A stretch of DNA of 64,000 nucleotides from an uncultured Chloroflexia bacterium (GTDB lineage Bacteria > Chloroflexota > Limnocylindria > Limnocylindrales > CSP1-4). The translations under genes were made by a program, and so were the position numbers. Shown here in pieces: positions 9,815 to 22,380 of the stretch (its first letter is position 1; every line of letters starts with the position of its first letter). The notes under the pieces were generated by a model that worked only from the letters and a program-made list of their open reading frames with translations, searched no databases and was not told the origin of the DNA. The DNA lies in the NCBI GenBank assembly GCA_963713095.1, contig CAVQKK010000003.1, positions 1,245,339-1,309,338 of the forward strand, given 5' to 3'.

Positions 9815-10813
9815 TCAGATCTGCTGGACCAGTGATTTCTTGAAGAAGTCGAAGTGCTCGAGGGCGAGCCCCGTGCCGAGGGCGACGCAGTTGAGCGAGT
9901 TCTCGGCCACGTGGCAGGGCACGCCGGTCACCTGCGTCAGCAGCTTGTCGATGTTGCGCAGCAGCGAGCCTCCCCCGGACATCACCATCCCCTTGTCGAT
10001 GATGTCCGACGACAGCTCCGGCGGCGTCTGTTCCAGCACCGTGCGAACCGCGGCCACCAGCTGCTGCAGCGGCACCTCGATCGCTTCCATCGCCTCGGAC
10101 GAGGAGATCGGGATCGTGCGTGGCAGACCGGCGATCAGGTCGCGACCGCGGACCTCCATCGTGAGCTCGCGCTCGAGCGGCAGCGCGGTGCCGATCTGGA
10201 TCTTGACCTCCTCGGCCGTCCGCTCGCCGACCATCAGGTTGTACTTCTTGCGGACGTAGGTGGCGATCGCATCGTCGAACCGGTTGCCGCCCACGCGCAG
10301 GCTGTGGGACACCACGATCCCGCCCAGCGCGATCACCGCGATCTCCGACGTGCCGCCCCCGATGTCGATGATCATGTTCCCCGACGGCCCGCTGATGGGC
10401 ACGTTGGCGCCGATCGCCGCGGCCAGCGGCTCCTCGATCAGGAACGCCTCCTTGGCGCCGGCCTTGAGCGCCGCGTCGCGGACCGCGCGCTTCTCCACCG
10501 AGGTGACCCCGGCCGGCACCGAGATCATCACCTCGGGCCGGGACAGGCCGATCCGGCCCCGGGTCGCCTTGCCGATGAAGAACCGGAGCATCGCCTCGGT
10601 GATCACGTAGTCGGCGATCACTCCGTCCTTCATCGGGCGGATGGCCTGGATGTTGCCGGGGGTGCGCCCGATCATCTCGCGGGCCTCCTCGCCCACGGCG
10701 ACGATGCGGTTGTCCTCGCCGACGGCAACGACCGAGGGCTCGGTGATGACGATGCCCTTGCCCTTCACGTAGACGATGACGTTCGCGGTGCCGAGATCGA
10801 TCCCAATCTTCAT
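9815..10813 (-). CDS. mreB: rod-shape determining protein MreB
   Basis: [23 protein letters not shown]-terminus and actin-fold motifs throughout; the upstream in-frame extension in the ORF track is rejected. Confidence 0.85.
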   Translation of the reverse strand: MKIGIDLGTANVIVYVKGKGIVITEPSVVAVGEDNRIVAVGEEAREMIGRTPGNIQAIRPMKDGVIADYVITEAMLRFFIGKATRGRIGLSRPEVMISVPAGVTSVEKRAVRDAALKAGAKEAFLIEEPLAAAIGANVPISGPSGNMIIDIGGGTSEIAVIALGGIVVSHSLRVGGNRFDDAIATYVRKKYNLMVGERTAEEVKIQIGTALPLERELTMEVRGRDLIAGLPRTIPISSSEAMEAIEVPLQQLVAAVRTVLEQTPPELSSDIIDKGMVMSGGGSLLRNIDKLLTQVTGVPCHVAENSLNCVALGTGLALEHFDFFKKSLVQQI

Positions 10814-10898
10814 GACGGCGGGAATGCTACTCCGGTGGTCGCGCGGCGCCGGCGGGCGGCGAGCCGCACAGGGTGAACTGGGATGGGCGCCCGCGATG

Positions 10899-12230
10899 TC
10901 AGGCCGCGTCGGCCGAACGGGTGATACTTGCGCCCAGCTGCTGGAACTTGCGATCGATGTTCTCATACCCCCGCTGTACGTGATGGGCGCCGTGGATCAG
11001 CGACGGGCCGTCGGCTGCGAGCGCGGCCAGGATCAGCGATGCGCCTGCGCGCAGGTCCCCGATGGTCACCTCGGCTCCGTGCAGCCGCGCCGGCCCGTGG
11101 ATCGATGCGTGGTGGGCATCCTCGATGTCGATCCGGGCGCCGAGCTTGCGCAGCTCCGACAGCCACTCGATCCGGTCCTCGAACACCGCCTCGTGCACTC
11201 GGGACGTGCCGGCGGCCTGGGTGAGCAGGACGCACAGCGGCGGCTGGATGTCCGTGGCCAGACCAGGGTACGGCGCGGTCTCCACGTCCGACGCAGCCAG
11301 GTCACCTGGCCGTAGACCGGTCGCGTCGATCTCGATCGACCGCAGGCCGCAGGCAACCGGCACGCCCATCGCCCCGAACACCTCGACCAGCGCGGCGACG
11401 TGGTCGCAGGGCGCGTTCTCGAGCGTCAGGCGACCGCCGGTGACGGCGGCCGCGATCAGGAACGTCGCGGTCTCGATCCTGTCCGGCACCACCACGTGAT
11501 TGGCGCCCCGCAGCCGGCGGCGACCGTCGACCTCGATCGTGTCGGGGCTCGTCCGCCGAACCTGGGCACCCATCTCACACAGGAACGCGATCAGATCGTC
11601 GATCTCCGGCTCCTGCGCGGCGGGCCGGATGACCGTGTGGCCTTCCGCAAGGGTCGCCGCGAGCATCGCGTTCTCGGTACCCATGACGGTGACCTGCGGA
11701 AAGGTGACCTCGCCGCCGCGTAGCCGTCCCGGCGCCTGGGCGAAGTAGTAGCCGTTGCGGTACTCGATCCGCGCACCGAGCGCGCGCATCGCGTCGACAT
11801 GAAGGTTGACTGGCCGCCGGCCGATCCGGTCGCCGCCCGGGTTGCTGATGATCACGTGGCCGAAGCGGGACAGCAGCGGGCCCAGCAGGATGAACGAGGC
11901 GCGCATCTTGGCGGCGGCCTCGAGCGGGATGAACAACCAGTCGACGTCGCCCGCGGCGACCTCGTACACGCCCTCGGCCGGATGGTCCACGACCACGCCG
12001 AGATCGGTCAGAACCCCGACCATGACCCGAACGTCCTCGATCTCGGGCACGTTCTCGAACCGGCAGCGCTCGCCGGTCAGGGTGGCGGCTGCCAGCAGCT
12101 TGAGCGCGGCGTTCTTGGCTCCGCTGACCTGCACGGTGCCCGTCAGCGGCCGGCCACCCTCGATCCGGAACGCCTCGGGTGGTGGCTGCTCGGGTCGGTA
12201 CTCCCAGTGGAACAATCGCGCGTCGGCCAT
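10899..12230 (-). CDS. murA: UDP-N-acetylglucosamine 1-carboxyvinyltransferase
   Basis: EPT-family; [20 protein letters not shown] motif; classical location downstream of the atp operon. Confidence 0.9.
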   Translation of the reverse strand: MADARLFHWEYRPEQPPPEAFRIEGGRPLTGTVQVSGAKNAALKLLAAATLTGERCRFENVPEIEDVRVMVGVLTDLGVVVDHPAEGVYEVAAGDVDWLFIPLEAAAKMRASFILLGPLLSRFGHVIISNPGGDRIGRRPVNLHVDAMRALGARIEYRNGYYFAQAPGRLRGGEVTFPQVTVMGTENAMLAATLAEGHTVIRPAAQEPEIDDLIAFLCEMGAQVRRTSPDTIEVDGRRRLRGANHVVVPDRIETATFLIAAAVTGGRLTLENAPCDHVAALVEVFGAMGVPVACGLRSIEIDATGLRPGDLAASDVETAPYPGLATDIQPPLCVLLTQAAGTSRVHEAVFEDRIEWLSELRKLGARIDIEDAHHASIHGPARLHGAEVTIGDLRAGASLILAALAADGPSLIHGAHHVQRGYENIDRKFQQLGASITRSADAA

Positions 12231-12232
12231 GG

Positions 12233-12664
12233 TCAGCCTCCGCGGCGCGGACCCTCGCGATGCCGCCGGCGCTCCGCGACCCGAACCCGCAGCAGGGCCT
12301 GCTGGAGCTGGGCGCGGGCGGCGGACAGGTCGGCTCCCTCGTGGAACCCCGACTCCAGCGCCCGCTCTGCCTCGCGGCGCGCTTCCTGGGCGCGCTCGAG
12401 ATCGATGTCCGAGGCCAGGTCCGCCGTCTCCGCCATGACCACGACCTTGTCCGGCCGGACCTGGAGGAACCCACCGATGATCGCGAAGCTCTCCTCGTCG
12501 ACGCCCTTTCGGATCCGAAGCTCGCCGACACCGAGCAGGCTCACCAGCGGGGCGTGGTGGGGAAGGACGCCCAGCTCGCCGTCGACTCCCGGGACAAGGA
12601 CCATGTCCACCTCGTCCGAGTACGCAAGGCGCTCCGGGGTCACGATCTCAAGGTGCAACGGCAT
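12233..12664 (-). CDS. atpC: F1 ATP synthase epsilon subunit
   Basis: MPLHLEIVTPERLAYSDEVDMVLVPGVDGELGVLPHHAPL; start at internal Met of a longer ORF. Confidence 0.85.
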   Translation of the reverse strand: MPLHLEIVTPERLAYSDEVDMVLVPGVDGELGVLPHHAPLVSLLGVGELRIRKGVDEESFAIIGGFLQVRPDKVVVMAETADLASDIDLERAQEARREAERALESGFHEGADLSAARAQLQQALLRVRVAERRRHREGPRRGG

Positions 12665-12749
12665 CAGCCCATTCCCCCATCGCCGCGCCGGTGGGGCGCG
12701 CCGCGGCGACAACCCCAGCGCGCGCAGGCGGGCTCGCTGATCACGATCA

Positions 12750-14195
<1,446 letters not shown>

Positions 14196-15056
14196 CTAGC
14201 GGGCCTGGGCGCCGCTCGCGATCTCGACCATCTCGCGAGTGATGTTGGCCTGACGGACCTTGTTGTAGGACAGGGTGAGATCGTCGATGAGCTCCTCGGC
14301 GTTCTCGGTGGCGTTCTTCATCGCGACCATCTGGCTGGAGAAGAAGCTGGCCGTGGTCTCGAGCACGGCCGCGTACAGCCGGGTGGAGACATACCGAGGG
14401 AGCAGCGCCTGGAGGAACGCTCCGGGGTCGGGCTCGAACAGGAACTGGTGACCGGGGATGCCCTCGACGTCCTCCGCGGGCTGGATCGGCAGCAGCTGCT
14501 CCAGGACCGGGCGCTGGACGAGCGTGGACACGAACCGCGGATAGATCACGTCGACGCGGTCGTAGGCGCCAGCGACGAAGTCGTCGGACACGAGGCGCGC
14601 GACGGGCAGGATGTCGGTGAACGCGGGGCGCTCGCCGAACCCCTCGAAGAAGGCGGCGATGGGGACACCTGCGCGGCGCATGGCATCCCGGCCCTTACGG
14701 CCCATGGGCACCACCTTGAGGTCGCCCGGGTGCTCGGTGATCTCGCGCGCTGTGAACCGAACGGTGTTGGTGTTGAGCGCGCCGGCCAGGCCGCGATCCG
14801 AGGTCATGATCACGATCAGGCGGTTGTGCGCCTGGTCGAGGTCGCGGCCCGCGAGCAGCGGGTGGTCCTCACCGCTGAGCACCGACGCGAGATCCGCGAT
14901 GACCTCGTCGAGCTTCTCGCGGTACGGGCGAGCGGCGAGCGTCGACTGCTGGGCGCGGCGGAGCTTCGAGGCCGCGACGAACTGCATCGCGCGGGTGATC
15001 TGCTTGATGTTGCGGGCCGACCCGATGCGGCGCCGGATCTCGCGCTGGCTAGGCAT
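14196..15056 (-). CDS. atpG: F1 ATP synthase gamma subunit
   Basis: MPSQREIRRRIGSARNIKQITRAMQFVAASKLRRAQ N-terminus. Confidence 0.9.
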   Translation of the reverse strand: MPSQREIRRRIGSARNIKQITRAMQFVAASKLRRAQQSTLAARPYREKLDEVIADLASVLSGEDHPLLAGRDLDQAHNRLIVIMTSDRGLAGALNTNTVRFTAREITEHPGDLKVVPMGRKGRDAMRRAGVPIAAFFEGFGERPAFTDILPVARLVSDDFVAGAYDRVDVIYPRFVSTLVQRPVLEQLLPIQPAEDVEGIPGHQFLFEPDPGAFLQALLPRYVSTRLYAAVLETTASFFSSQMVAMKNATENAEELIDDLTLSYNKVRQANITREMVEIASGAQAR

Positions 15057-15086
15057 GGACGTTCCCGCCGACCGCGGTCAGGAGAT

Positions 15087-16619
<1,533 letters not shown>

Positions 16620-16712
16620 CGCGTCTCCGTTCGGGCGTTCGTTCGGGCTTGGTACGGGCTTTGGTGGGGATGTGGTTGGGGGCTGGACCCGGGTGTCGGT
16701 TTCGGTTTGGGG

Positions 16713-17264
16713 CTAGCGGACGCGTTGCCCCGCGTGCAGCTGGTCTCGCAGCCGCTCCAACCGGCCGCGGATGGACGCGTCGAGCAGCTGGTCGCGGATC
16801 TGGATGGTGAGCCCGCCCAGCAGGTCCGGGACGACGGTGGCGCGGAGGTCGACCTCGGCACCGGCCATCGCCTCCACCCGGGCGCGAACAGCTGCGGTCT
16901 CGTCCGCGGTGAGCGGTGCGGCGCTGGTCACGCTGGCCATCACGATGCCGCGATGGGCATTGAGCTGGCGCTGGTACTCGTCGCTGACCCGCGGCAGGAT
17001 CCGGACCCCTCCGCGCTCGATGAGCAGGCCCACGAGCCGCAGCACACCCGGCTGGACCCGGGTCTCCAGGAGTCCGGCCACCACGTCCAGCCGCTGCTCG
17101 GCGGGGATCGCCGGGCTGTCCACGACGGGCGCGACCTCGGTCCGGCTCAGCATGTCCGAGGCGAGCTCGAGATCGTCACGCCAGCGGTCGAGCTGGTCGG
17201 TCTCGAGGGCGACCGCGAGGGCAGCCTCCGCGTAGCGGCGCGCGGCCGTGACCGGACGGGCCAT
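16713..17264 (-). CDS. atpH: F1 ATP synthase delta subunit (OSCP)
   Basis: size and position; ARRYAEALA-type N-terminus. Confidence 0.8.
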   Translation of the reverse strand: MARPVTAARRYAEAALAVALETDQLDRWRDDLELASDMLSRTEVAPVVDSPAIPAEQRLDVVAGLLETRVQPGVLRLVGLLIERGGVRILPRVSDEYQRQLNAHRGIVMASVTSAAPLTADETAAVRARVEAMAGAEVDLRATVVPDLLGGLTIQIRDQLLDASIRGRLERLRDQLHAGQRVR

Positions 17265-17836
17265 CAGCTGGCCGTCTCGCCCGTGGTGGATGAATCGGCC
17301 AGGAAGTCGGCCACGAGACGCCGCTGACGGTCACCGGTCATGGACTCGCCGACGACACGGCCTGCGGCCGCGAGGGCGAGCTCGGTCACCTCCGAGCGGA
17401 GCTCGGTGATGGCCCGCTGCTTCTCGGCGTCGATCTCGGCCGTCGCGCGGTCACGCATCCGGTCGAGCTCCTCGCGAGTCGCCGCCACGTCCTGCTCTCG
17501 GGTCTCGGTGGCGACCCTCTGGGCACGGTTGATGATGTCGTTCGCCTCCCGGCGGGCCTCCTGGAGCGCGGCCAGGCGCTCCTGCTCGGCCGACTCGCGA
17601 TCCCGCCGCGCCTGCTCCGCGTCCTGGAGCCCCTGTTCGATCCGTGTTCGGCGCTCCTCGAGCATTCGCGAGATCGGACCGAACGCAAACAGCTGGAGCA
17701 CGACGTAGAGCAGGACGAAGTTGAGCAGCGCGACGATCAGCCAGAACCCGTTGATCACGAGCCCGGATTCGCCGCCTGCTGCATTGATGGCGAGTCCCCC
17801 CGGGAGAGCCCCGGAGGCGACCGCGAGAAAGTCCAT
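17264..17836 (-). CDS. atpF: F0 ATP synthase subunit b
   Basis: single N-terminal TM helix then long charged coiled coil (RR/EE/AQ-rich). Confidence 0.8.
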   Translation of the reverse strand: MDFLAVASGALPGGLAINAAGGESGLVINGFWLIVALLNFVLLYVVLQLFAFGPISRMLEERRTRIEQGLQDAEQARRDRESAEQERLAALQEARREANDIINRAQRVATETREQDVAATREELDRMRDRATAEIDAEKQRAITELRSEVTELALAAAGRVVGESMTGDRQRRLVADFLADSSTTGETAS

Positions 17837-17857
17837 GGCGTCCGCTCGGTGCGCCGG

Positions 17858-18082
17858 CTACTTGGCAGCCGGGTTGAGGAAGATGATCAGGACACCGACC
17901 ACGAACGCGAGCACGCCGAGCCCCTCGGCGAACGCAGCACCGATGATGAACGTGGCGCGGATGACGCTCGAGGCGTCGGGGTTTCGGCCCATCGCGCTGG
18001 TCGACATGCCGGTCAGGATGCCGATACCGATGCCGGGGCCGATAACGCCCATCGCGGCAAGGCCGGCGCCGATCAGTTCCAT
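17858..18082 (-). CDS. atpE: F0 ATP synthase subunit c
   Basis: 74-aa two-helix hairpin with GxGxGxG and conserved carboxylate (AFAEGLGVLAFVV). Confidence 0.9.
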   Translation of the reverse strand: MELIGAGLAAMGVIGPGIGIGILTGMSTSAMGRNPDASSVIRATFIIGAAFAEGLGVLAFVVGVLIIFLNPAAK

Positions 18083-18151
18083 CGAGTCTCTACCTCCTCT
18101 GGCGTCCGCGTGGCGCGGACGCTTCCTCGGACCAACGGGTCATGGGCCGCC

Positions 18152-19168
18152 TCATTGCGAGACGGCGGACAGGGACGGGCCGACGCCGCCCTGGGGCTCG
18201 GTCGCCATGGCGGGGGCGGCGTGCGCCTCCTCCTCGTGGCTCTCGATGGCGAGCAGCGTGAACATCAGGGTCAGGACGCTGAAGATCAGGGCCTGCACAA
18301 AGCCGATGAACCCTTCCAGGAACACGAACGGCAACGGCAGGACGCCAAGCAGCAGGGCCGTGAACACGCCCAGCATGATGCCGCCGCCGTACAGGTTGCC
18401 CCACAGCCGGAAGGCCAGCGTCACCGGCTTGAAGAACTCGAGCAGGAACTCGGTGAGCCCGACGAACAGGTCGATGACCCCGTCCGCGAGGCCCCGCCGA
18501 AACCCGCTGAAGTTGAAGAACTTGACCAGGTAGCGTCGCGCTCCCAGCTTCCGCACGCCCTCGAAGTGGAACAGCACGAAGCTGAACAGCGCCAGCCCGA
18601 CCGTGATGTTGATATCGCTGGTGGGCGTCCGCAGCCAGCTCAGCTTGTCGCCGAAGATCAGCAGGTCCGTCCAGTTGGCGAGGGCGATGAACACGAACAG
18701 CGTGATGAAGATCCCGACGTACGGGCGTGCGGGCGCGCCGCCGAGCGCCATCGCGAAGTCCTCGAGGGCCTCGTATACGTACTCGACGGCGTTCTGGACC
18801 CGACCGGGCAGCCGTTCCAGGTTCTGAGCGATACCCACGAACACCACGATCATCAGCACCATCACGATCCACGACACCACGATCGAGGACGTGATGCTGG
18901 GGTGGAAGTCGATCACAAGCGAGCCGGCAGGCTCGCTTGCCCGGGGCGCGAAGTCGTACACGACGGTGGGCGGGATCAGCTCCAGGTTCCCGGTGATGCC
19001 CGCCTTGGGCCCCGGGAAGCCCGCCGGTGCGAGAAAGACGACCGCGAGGGCGTCCAGCACCACGATGGCGACGATCGCGATCAGCAGCTTGCGGCGAGTC
19101 GTCCAGCGCACCGGGGCCGCCGTGCCGCCGATGTCCGGTGTCGCAGCGGGGGAGGTCTCGTTGGTCAC
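18152..19168 (-). CDS. atpB: F0 ATP synthase subunit a
   Basis: 5-6 TM helices; conserved Arg helix (LAFRLWGNLYGG); has an N-terminal extension. Confidence 0.85.
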   Translation of the reverse strand: MTNETSPAATPDIGGTAAPVRWTTRRKLLIAIVAIVVLDALAVVFLAPAGFPGPKAGITGNLELIPPTVVYDFAPRASEPAGSLVIDFHPSITSSIVVSWIVMVLMIVVFVGIAQNLERLPGRVQNAVEYVYEALEDFAMALGGAPARPYVGIFITLFVFIALANWTDLLIFGDKLSWLRTPTSDINITVGLALFSFVLFHFEGVRKLGARRYLVKFFNFSGFRRGLADGVIDLFVGLTEFLLEFFKPVTLAFRLWGNLYGGGIMLGVFTALLLGVLPLPFVFLEGFIGFVQALIFSVLTLMFTLLAIESHEEEAHAAPAMATEPQGGVGPSLSAVSQ

Positions 19169-19213
19169 GTGTCGCTCGTCTGGCCTCGTCTCGATCTCTG
19201 TCCCGGCGGACGC

Positions 19214-19441
19214 TCAGTCCTGATGCGTGTCGAATTGCGAGAGAAATCGGCGGATCAGCCTGGCCACGGCGAGTCCACTGAGACCAAACCCGGCCAGGGC
19301 ACCACCAACGGTGAACACGGGCAGCGTGTTGAGCTGCTGATCAACCCACCATCCAGCGAGTACGCCCGCGATGGTCCCCACGAAGAACGTGACACCGATC
19401 TCGGAGAACAGGACAACGTAGACTCCGAAACCATTGAACAT
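19214..19441 (-). CDS. AtpZ/AtpI-like small membrane protein
   Basis: 75-aa two-TM protein (start at MFNGFG) directly upstream of atpB. Confidence 0.45.
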   Translation of the reverse strand: MFNGFGVYVVLFSEIGVTFFVGTIAGVLAGWWVDQQLNTLPVFTVGGALAGFGLSGLAVARLIRRFLSQFDTHQD

Positions 19442-19564
19442 GGGGGACCGACCACCGCGCGGGAGACTATACCAGAGGCCATCCGGGGTCCGGACCCCGG
19501 ATCTCGCTGGGGGTGACGGCCGGCCGCCGCCGCCCGCGCGGGCCCGGCGCACCGGCGCACCACG

Positions 19565-20707
19565 TTACGTCGCAGGGTTGTCGGGATCAGGCGAACCAGG
19601 GCGCGAAGGGTCTGCTTCGTACGCCTCTGGCTCGAGCGCATTCGCGGTCTCGAACCGGGTCAGGAGAAACAGGCCGAAGCCGAAGCCAAGGGCGAGCCCG
19701 AGGAACGCGTACACCTGCCCCGTCCCGGACAGCACGAACGACAGCACCGCGAGCGCGAGGCAGATCGCGTAGATCACCAGCACCGTCTGTCCGTGCGTGA
19801 GGCCCAGGTCCAGCAGACGGTGGTGGATGTGACCGCGATCGGGCGTGAACGGGGATCGCCCGGTGGCCAGCCGGCGGACGATGATCCAAAACGTGTCGAT
19901 GATCGGAACGCCCAGCACGAGCAGCGCGACCGCGACCTTGGCCGAGCCCAGGATCGCGAGCAGCGCCAGCGTGTAGCCCACGAACATCACGCCGCTGGTA
20001 CCGATGAAGATCGACGCCGGGTGGAAGTTCCAGCGCAGAAACCCCAGCAGCGACCCTGCCAGGGCGAAGCACAGCAGGCCGACGAACGGCTGGGCGATGG
20101 TCGTGGCGATCGAGATGAGACCCAGCGTCAGGGCGGCGATCAGCGTGATCCCGGTCGACAGGCCGTCGAGTCCGTCGATGAAGTTGATGCTGTTGATCAT
20201 GCCCATGATCCACACGATCGTGAACACCGCACCGTACGGACCGGTGATCGGGATGTTGTTGGGTCCGAACGGGTTGTTGATGGAGCCGACCGAGATCCCC
20301 GCGACGACAGCGACGACGGCCAGCACGAGCTGCGCCAGCAGCTGCCAGCGTGCGCGCAGCTGCAGCGTGTCGTCGAGCGCACCCAGGATCGCCGCGAGGC
20401 CGGCGCCGATGAGCAGGGCGACCATCGCGCCGGGCTCGATCTCGCGGCGCACGGTCGCAACCTCCAGGCCGCCATTGACCACCAGCAGCCCGGCCGCCAC
20501 GGCCAGGAAGGAGATCGCGACCGCGACGCCGCCCCCGCGGGGGACGGGCGCGGCGTTGACCCGGCGATGATCTGGGCGGTCGATGTTGTCGAGGCGGATC
20601 GCCAGCCGCCGGACCAGCGGCGTGAGCACCAGCGACAGCAGCGCGGCCACGGCGAACGTGACGATGAGGAGCGGCAGATCCCTCCCGATGTCGTCGGTCA
20701 GCTCCAT
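19565..20707 (-). CDS. wecA: polyprenyl-phosphate GlcNAc-1-phosphate transferase (GT4 MraY/WecA/TagO family)
   Basis: about 11 TM helices; DD and NxxNxxDGxDGL motifs (MGMINSINFIDGLDGL); conserved position between glyA and the atp operon, as rfe in actinobacteria. Confidence 0.7.
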   Translation of the reverse strand: MELTDDIGRDLPLLIVTFAVAALLSLVLTPLVRRLAIRLDNIDRPDHRRVNAAPVPRGGGVAVAISFLAVAAGLLVVNGGLEVATVRREIEPGAMVALLIGAGLAAILGALDDTLQLRARWQLLAQLVLAVVAVVAGISVGSINNPFGPNNIPITGPYGAVFTIVWIMGMINSINFIDGLDGLSTGITLIAALTLGLISIATTIAQPFVGLLCFALAGSLLGFLRWNFHPASIFIGTSGVMFVGYTLALLAILGSAKVAVALLVLGVPIIDTFWIIVRRLATGRSPFTPDRGHIHHRLLDLGLTHGQTVLVIYAICLALAVLSFVLSGTGQVYAFLGLALGFGFGLFLLTRFETANALEPEAYEADPSRPGSPDPDNPAT

Positions 20708-20715
20708 CGCACCCG

Positions 20716-22038
20716 TCAGGCCATGCCGGCGGGAAGTCCCGGGACGGGGAAGCGGCCGACCAGATCCCGGACCCCGGCCCGGATGGCGGCCCGGGCCGCC
20801 TCGTCGTCGCGCAGCCGGATCGCGTCCACCACCCAGCGCCCGATCAGGCGCATCTCGTCGGGGCCCATGCCCCGGGTCGTGGTCGCGGGCGTGCCGATCC
20901 GGATCCCCGACGCGATGTTGGGCGGGTTGACGTCGAACGGGATCGCGTTCTTGTTGACGGTGATCCCGACCTCGTCGAGCAGCGCCTCCGCCTCGCGCCC
21001 CGTGACGCCCAGCGGCGTCACGTCGACCAAGGCCAGATGGTTGTCGGTCCCGCCACTCACGATCCGGGCACCGGCGTCGGCGATGGTCGCCGCGAGCACC
21101 TTCGCGTTCTCGAGCGTGCGGACCTGATCGCGGCGGAATTCCTCGCCGGCGGCGAGGTGGAGGGCGACCGCCTTGGCGGCGATGACGTGCATCAGCGGAC
21201 CACCCTGGATGCCCGGGAACACCGACTTGTCAACCGCCTGCGCGAGGGTGCTCCTGCCGAGCGCCGGGAAGTCGGTTCGGTCCACGGCCGGGGGCAGGTC
21301 CGCACGGGCGAACACCATCCCGCCGCGCGGGCCGCGGAGCGTCTTGTGGGTGGTGGTGGTGACCAGGTCCGCATGGGGGAACGGGCTCGGGTGGACACCC
21401 GCCGCGACGAGACCCGCGACGTGGGCCATGTCGACCAGCAGCAGCGCCCCAACCCCGTGGGCGATGGCCGCCAGCCGCTCGAAGTCCCAGGTGCGCGGAT
21501 ACGCCGATGCCCCGGCGACGACGACCTTGGGACGGACCTCGGCTGCCTGTGCCTCGAGAGCGTCGTAGTCGATCTGTTCCGCTTCGCGCGTGACGCCGTA
21601 CGCATGGACCTCGTACAACCGGCCCGAGAAGTTGACCGGCGAGCCATGGGTGAGGTGGCCGCCGTGGGCCAGGCTCATGCCCAGGATCCGGTCGCCCGGG
21701 CGGAGGACCGCGAAGTAGGCCGCCATGTTGGCCTGCGCGCCGGCATGCGGCTGGACGTTGACGTGCTCGGCACCCGGGAACAGTGCGAGCGCACGCTCGC
21801 GGGCGAGGTCCTCGGCGATATCGACGTACTCGCAGCCGCCGTAGTAGCGCTTGCCGGGCAGGCCCTCCGCGTACTTGTTGGTGAGCCACGTTCCCTGCGC
21901 CTCGAGCACCGCGTGCCAGACGTAGTTCTCGCTCGCGATCAGCTCGATGTTGTCGGCCTGGCGGCGTCGCTCGGCCTCGACCGCCGCCCACAGTGCCGGG
22001 TCGACGTCGGCGAGGGGTGCCCACGCAGCCGCCGAGAC
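20716..22038 (-). CDS. glyA: serine hydroxymethyltransferase
   Basis: LADVDP...IELIASENY...PLP-lysine region [11 protein letters not shown]; start uncertain (GTG chosen at VSAAAW; the ORF-track N-terminal extension is rejected). Confidence 0.85.
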   Translation of the reverse strand, partial: VSAAAWAPLADVDPALWAAVEAERRRQADNIELIASENYVWHAVLEAQGTWLTNKYAEGLPGKRYYGGCEYVDIAEDLARERALALFPGAEHVNVQPHAGAQANMAAYFAVLRPGDRILGMSLAHGGHLTHGSPVNFSGRLYEVHAYGVTREAEQIDYDALEAQAAEVRPKVVVAGASAYPRTWDFERLAAIAHGVGALLLVDMAHVAGLVAAGVHPSPFPHADLVTTTTHKTLRGPRGGMVFARADLPPAVDRTDFPALGRSTLAQAVDKSVFPGIQGGPLMHVIAAKAVALHLAAGEEFRRDQVRTLENAKVLAATIADAGARIVSGGTDNHLALVDVTPLGVTGREAEALLDEVGITVNKNAIPFDVNPPNIASGIRIGTPATTTRGMGPDEMRLIGRWVVDAIRLRDDEAARAAIRAGVRDLVGRFPVPGLPAGMA

Positions 22039-22080
22039 GCCCGTGGATCCGGTGGGATGACCGGCGGCTCGTCCGCCCTC

Positions 22081-22116
22081 GGCGGCCTCGGAAGGGGCGG
22101 CGGCCTCGGACGGGGC
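22081..22116. repeat. 18-bp near-perfect tandem repeat x2 (GGCGGCCTCGGAAGGGGC / GGCGGCCTCGGACGGGGC) just upstream of glyA
   Basis: direct inspection; would encode APSEAA x2 if translated on the minus strand. Confidence 0.4.
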
Positions 22117-22380
22117 GACGACGTCGGACACGGGCGGACCTCCTGGCGGGCGGCGCTGGCTCAAGGGTTCGTTGGGGGTGCGGTGACGGCAAGCCGTATC
22201 TTCCCACGGCCACCCGGTGGGATGCGGAACCACGGCCGCGGGACCGAAGAGCGCGCGACCCCTGACGCAGCGCCGCAGACGCGCTCCGGCGTCGTTGGGG
22301 AGGCCCACCCGAGCCTCGTCGTCGCGCCCGCCGGCGACCAGCAAGTCGGCGCGCCCGGCGGGATTGGCGGCCCTGCCACC

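Noticed and set aside
9815-10966. 383-aa extent of the mreB ORF
   Set aside because: The N-terminal 51 residues are Ser/Pro/Arg-rich and precede the canonical MKIGIDLG start; treated as an upstream in-frame artefact.
20716-22344. full 542-aa extent of the glyA ORF
   Set aside because: The N-terminal about 100 residues have no counterpart in SHMT and contain the 18-bp repeat; the start was moved to a GTG shortly before the conserved LADVDP.
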